Shown here: positions 59,559-64,000 of the stretch, piece after piece
Layout of the letters: the number at the start of each line of letters is the position of its first letter
How positions within the stretch are numbered: position 1 is the stretch's first letter
Source: an uncultured delta proteobacterium
GTDB taxonomy: Bacteria > Desulfobacterota > Binatia > UBA9968
Length of the DNA: 64,000 nt
Assembly (NCBI GenBank): GCA_963847445.1
Contig: CAWJZV010000045.1
Coordinates: 160,001 to 224,000 of the forward strand
Reading direction: 5' to 3'
Translations under genes and position numbers: made by a program
The notes under the pieces: generated by a model
What the model was told of the DNA's origin: nothing
Database searches by the model: none
Seen by the model: only the letters and a program-made list of their open reading frames with translations

Positions 59559-61239
59559 ATGGCCCGAGTCACGGGAAGTCATCTGATCTGCAAAGCGCTC
59601 AAGTTGGAAGGCGTCAAAAATATCTTCGCTCTCGCCGGCGATCACATCCTGCCGGTGTTGGACGTGATGGCGGATCAGGACTTTCGCATCCTCGACACCC
59701 GTCACGAGCAGGCCGCCGTCCACATGGCGGATGGCTGGAGCCGGATCACCGAGCAGCCCGGCGTCTGCATGTACACCACGCCGGGATTCGCCAACGCGAT
59801 ACCCGGCCTTACCAATGCGATGCACACCGAGGGCACCGGTGATTTCCATCGCCGGTTGCGCCGACACCCATGATTTAGGCTGCGGCGCCCAACAAGAAAT
59901 CAATCAAGTTGGCATGGCCGAACCCATGTGCAAGGGTTCGTTCATGGTTCCTGATGCGCGCAGGATTCCTGAATACATCGCCCGCGCGATGCGCCTGGCG
60001 TTCAGCGGGCGGCGCGGGCCGGTGCATTTGACGATTCCCATCGACGTGCAAGAGCAAAGCGTCGAGGAAAACGACGTGACGTTCATAGCTCCTGATGCCT
60101 ACCGGCCTAAGGCTGCCGTGCTCGGCGATCCCAAACGGGTGCGGCAGGCGGTCGCGCTCTTGCGCCAAGCGCAGCGGCCGCTGCTGATCGCCGGCAGCGC
60201 CGCCGGCTACACGCTCTCGGGCGAGTCGATGCAGCGATTCATCGAAACGACGCGCCTGCCGATCGTGACCGAAGAGCAGTCGCGCGGTCTGGTTCCTGAC
60301 GATCACCCGTACGTCTTCGGCTACTTCGAGCGCGGCCTGAATCGCGCGGCGGCCAAAGTCCGCGACGCCGACGTGGTCGTGCTGCTCGGCCGCAAGCAAG
60401 ACTTCGTCATCGGCTTTTGCCGCCCGCCGCATGTCGCGGCGAACGCCAAAATTATTCAGATCGATCCGTCGCCGTTGGAAATCGGCCGCAATCGCGGCGT
60501 CGACGTCGGCATGGCCGGCGATGTCGCGAGCATCCTGGAGCAGATGGCCGACGAGGCGGCGAAGTACGAGTGGAAAGATCTGCCGTGGTTGGACGACCTG
60601 CGCGCCGCGCGCGCAGCCCAGGCCGAGTGGGCGGAAAAGCTCGCGCAGCCGAAAACGCCGATGCACGCGCTGTTCGTCCACAAGACGCTAAAATCCATGC
60701 TCCGCCCCGACGACTGTCTGGTGTTCGATGGCGGTGATTTTTGCCACTTCGGCAGGTCTTATCTCCCTGCGGTCAAACCGAAGCACTGGTTCAACGTTTC
60801 CAGCCTCGGCATGTTGGGCTCCTCGTTGCCCACGGCGCTGGCGGCCAAGGTCGCTTATCCGAATTCGCGCGTCTTCATGCTCACCGGCGACGGCGCTTTT
60901 GGTTTCAACGGCATGGAATTCGACACCGCCGTGCGCCATGGACTGAATATCGTGGCGATCGTCGGCAACGATTCGGCGTGGGGCATCGACCGGCAGATCC
61001 AGCTCGGTCTCTATGGCCGCGCCGTCGCCACCGACCTGCGTCAAAGCCGCTACGAACAAATCGTCCAGGGACTCGGCGGCTACGGCGAGTTTGTCGAGCG
61101 TCCGGAGGATCTCAAACCGGCGCTGGAGCGCGCCCTCGCGGCCGGCAAGCCGGCGCTATTGAACGTCGCCGTGGAGCGCGCGATCAGCCCGCGAGCCGAG
61201 GCCGCCATCGGCCGGCGCAAAGCTGCTGCGCCAAAGTAA
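59559..61239 (+). CDS. Thiamine diphosphate-binding enzyme (acetolactate synthase/2-hydroxyacyl-CoA lyase superfamily; frameshift near 59833)
   Basis: TRHEQAAVHMADG, GPVHLTIP, GDGAFGF...GND ThDP motif. Confidence 0.9.
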
Positions 61240-61397
61240 GCGGCGCAAAAACCCGAGTCGTGAAATGCAAAAGCAGGGAATGCGACCGGTGGCGAAAAGG
61301 CGCAGCCGGCGAGATGAAGAAGGCGAGTTAGCAAGCTCGCATAGGTTTACGACGAACAGCAAAAGTAAAGACTTGAGACCCCCAAGGTGACACCACA

Positions 61398-61469
61398 GCC
61401 GCCCTGGTGCTCGTTACTTTGCAGTTGTACCGGCCACGCAGAATTCATGACGGCGAATTCGCGCTGAGC
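61398..61469 (+). repeat. Direct repeat copy 2 (diverged duplicate of the MFS 3' end)
   Basis: GCCGCCCTGGTGCTCG...TTGCAGTTGTACCGG.CACGCAGAATTCATGACGGCGAATT...CTGAGC. Confidence 0.8.
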
Positions 61470-61721
61470 AAACCATTTAGATATATCCACAGGAACAAAG
61501 CAGGGGCGCACTGAGCCCTTGGTTTTTTCCGAGTTTATTTTTCCAGAGCTCTGCCGGTGTCGCCGTACCGTTCCAGACCGAGCGGCTGATGAATCGAAAG
61601 AGATTCACGGCGGTGTTCAAACGCGAAACGGTTCGGTCAAAGAAGAGTCTAAGCGGTCCACTTGTCGGTGCCATCGGTTTTGATACCGTTTAAATTAGCT
61701 CAGTAAGTTGAGAGGAAACCT

Positions 61722-62192
61722 ATGGATATATTCTGGGAGGAGTTGACGTCCGGCCTGCCTGACGCGAGGCAGCTGGTGCATGTGCTTATCCGAATGATCG
61801 CCGCTAGCGTCCTGGGAGCGGTGGTCGGGATGCAACGAGAGAAAGCCGGAAAACCTGCAGGGCTGCGCACGCACATGCTGGTGAGTCTGGGCACGGCGGT
61901 GATCGTCCTCGCTTGCTCCGGAGTCGGCATGTCATCTGAAGCCGTCTCGCGGGTTGTCCAGGGCATTGTCACCGGCATCGGCTTTCTCGGCGCCGGCGCC
62001 ATCCTCAAGCTCGACCAGGAGCGCGAAATCCAGGGCCTGACCACGGCGGCCGGCATCTGGATGACCGCCGCCATCGGCGTCGCTGTCGGATTGGGCAGCC
62101 TCGGGGTCGCGTTGCTGAGCACGCTTTTCACGTTGGTCATTCTTGCGCTCGCAGGGCTGCTCGACAACGATCAACAGACGAAGAACCATTGA
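61722..62192 (+). CDS. MgtC/SapB family membrane protein
   Basis: KPAGLRTHMLV, GIGFLGAG, GLTTAAGIW. Confidence 0.93.
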   Translation: MDIFWEELTSGLPDARQLVHVLIRMIAASVLGAVVGMQREKAGKPAGLRTHMLVSLGTAVIVLACSGVGMSSEAVSRVVQGIVTGIGFLGAGAILKLDQEREIQGLTTAAGIWMTAAIGVAVGLGSLGVALLSTLFTLVILALAGLLDNDQQTKNH

Positions 62193-62250
62193 CCAGGACT
62201 GGACGGCCGCGCCGATCGATCGGCACACAAGCTCTTAATCTTCCAACGCG

Positions 62251-62335
62251 TTGAACGGCTTGAACGGAGCGAAGCGGTTGAACGTTTTGAACACGCTCAA
62301 TCCCCATGGCGCGAAGCGGTTGAACGCTTTGAACG
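62251..62335. repeat. 9-nt periodic TTGAACG module (copy 2 plus a half copy)
   Basis: TTGAACGGC TTGAACGGA GCGAAGCGG TTGAACGTT TTGAAC ... GCGAAGCGG TTGAACGCT TTGAACG. Confidence 0.8.
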
Positions 62336-62368
62336 AGCTCGGAGTCCTTGGACAGGCTCAGCCGGAGC

Positions 62369-63656
62369 TCATGTTGATTTCGAGAACATCCGGTAAACAG
62401 CCTGGGCCCCCTCCAACAAACGGTGATCCTGGTTGCGGTGACCGATGAGCTGAATGCCGACTGGCAGACCGGACGGTCCGGTAAACACAGGCAGGGTGAC
62501 GCAAGGAGTGTAGGTCCACGTCGACAGGATATTGAACGAGGTGTCGCCCGTACTGGCCAGGCCTGCCGGAGCCTCTCCGAGAGCACTTGGCGTGAGCAGC
62601 AGGTCGAGATCCTTCATGGCGTCGGCGAGATGTCCGCGGCACTGAGCCAGCACGCCTTCGGCTTCTCGATATTGTTCGTAAGAGACATTGAGTGCGGCGA
62701 ATTTGTCGCGCTGGAACTCGCTCAAAAGATTCCAATGATGATTCCGCTCCCAGGTGAGGCTACGAGAGAACTCGTAATCATTGATGCGCCGGCCGATGGC
62801 CTCGAAGTTTTCAAACGGCTTGCCGAGATCGAAGTCGGAGACCTTCGCTCCGGCCTTCGCCAGCGCGCTTGCGGCCTCTTCGAGAAATGTTTTCGTGTAC
62901 TCCTCCGCACGGTCCCAGAACATTGCGGCAAAAGCCGATCTTGAGCTGGTTCACTGGAATGGCGGCCAGAGGTTTCGCGGCGAATCCTGTAAGCGCGGCG
63001 CGAAACAGAGCCAGGTCCTCGACCGCGCGAGCGAAAAGCCCCACGGTGTCGAAGGACGCGGTGTTCTGCTTCACGCCCTGGGTGCTCACTTCGCCGTAGC
63101 TCGGTTTGTAGCCGACGCAGCCGCAGAACGCTGCTGGACGGATCACCGATCCGACCGTCTGGGTGCCGAAGGCGAGCGGCACCATGCAATCGCCGACCGC
63201 GGCGGCGGAGCCGCTGGAGGAACCGCCGGGCGTATGCGCGGGATTGTGCGGATTGGTCGTGTTTCCCAATGGAGATCGACTGGCAAACTCGGTGGTCACC
63301 GTCTTGCCCAAAAGCACGCCGCCGGCAGCGCGGCTCAGCGCCACGCACGCCGCGTCCGCCATCGGACGGTTGCCTTTGTAGATGGGCGATCCGTACTCGG
63401 TGGGCAAGTCGGCCGTGTCCATGATGTCCTTGGCCGCGAATGGCACTCCGTGCAGCGGACCGCGGTTCGCGCTCTTGTCGCATTCCCGCGCCTGCGCCAG
63501 GGCAAAATCGCGGTCTAAATGGACCCATGCTTTGACTTGCGATTCCCGCGCATCGATCCGCTCGAGACAGGAGCGTACCAAAGCTTCGGACGTGAGTTTG
63601 CCTTCGCGAATCCGCGCCGCCGCCTCACTCGCCGATAACCGAAATAAATCCGCCAT
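62369..63656 (-). CDS. Amidase signature family protein (frameshift near 62923)
   Basis: GPLHGVPFAAKD, TPGGSSSGS, GTQTVGSVIRPA, GLPVGIQLIG. Confidence 0.92.
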
Positions 63657-63774
63657 GTGATTCTCCTTAGCCGAATCCGAAAAGCATTTGGCAACATAAC
63701 CGAGCAGGCGTTGTGACTGCAACAAGAGCCGGTCTGGTCTACTGCCAGCGCCGCAAAAGACGGCGACCCCTAGT

Positions 63775-63817
63775 TTAACGGCTTGAAACGTTTGAAACGT
63801 CTGGAACGGTTGGAACA
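63775..63817. repeat. Degenerate 9-nt periodic repeat related to the TTGAACG module
   Basis: TTAACGGC TTGAAACGT TTGAAACGT CTGGAACGG TTGGAAC. Confidence 0.6.
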
Positions 63818-63858
63818 ATGGATTGACCGTTAATCAAGTACCGTGGTAATTTAAGGTT

Positions 63859-64000
63859 ATGGCTTTGGCGCAATCAAAAGTGACGGCTCAGGGACAGATT
63901 TCCGTTCCGGTGGAAGTGCGACGTAAACTCGGTATCGGGCCGGGCTCGGTGCTGGAATGGGAGGAGGAAGGCGACGCCGTGGTCGTACGCAAAGCCGGCC
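63859..64000 (+). CDS. AbrB/MazE/SpoVT-family DNA-binding protein, probable antitoxin (runs off the window)
   Basis: MALAQSKVTAQGQISVPVEVRRKLGIGPGSVLEW, translated directly from the sequence. Confidence 0.85.
   Translation, partial: MALAQSKVTAQGQISVPVEVRRKLGIGPGSVLEWEEEGDAVVVRKAG

Noticed and set aside
31134-61331. Long antisense or alternate-frame ORFs (e.g. 31134..31898, 36540..37529, 59875..60681)
   Set aside because: Shadow ORFs of well-supported genes, expected in high-GC DNA
46396-62335. TTGAACG repeats as a CRISPR array
   Set aside because: Units are 9 nt with no unique 30-40 nt spacers and no cas genes

Overview
A GC-rich bacterial chromosome segment. Gene content (many solute-binding proteins, TTT transporter, Mo-hydroxylase, zapB-zapA-ygfA-rny-ymdB-tyrS-rrn block) suggests a former 'Deltaproteobacteria' lineage such as Ca. 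Binatia, but this is inference and needs 16S classification. Many genes, including essential tyrS and rny, carry single-base frameshifts that look like long-read errors, so they are reported as reconstructed CDS. Layout: (1) 1-12.7 kb, a minus-strand metal-acquisition cluster: nikR, His-plug TonB-dependent receptor, MFS, exbB-exbD-tonB, a His-containing exported protein, a His-rich DUF2946-like leader ending in RAPP, a BNR lipoprotein, TlpA, two Cox11-like paralogs and an exported methyltransferase. It has two matching 7-13-7 NikR-type boxes and a divergent cytochrome c + SCO pair. (2) 12.7-17.8 kb housekeeping genes with a 6S RNA candidate. (3) A complete rRNA operon (16S, tRNA-Ile, tRNA-Ala, 23S, 5S). 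(4) 24-64 kb, mostly accessory genes: ABC-F, YcaC/pirin, SagB-like protein, GH13, dodecin, a bicupin/PuuE-like/MFS unit, a xanthine-dehydrogenase-family operon bracketed by two DUF3891 (HD-like) paralogs, BrnTA, a TctAB/TctC-PrpD-ThDP block bracketed by a ~72-bp direct repeat, MgtC, amidase and short-period intergenic repeats. The best candidate for an undescribed system is the NikR + RAPP-leader metal cluster.
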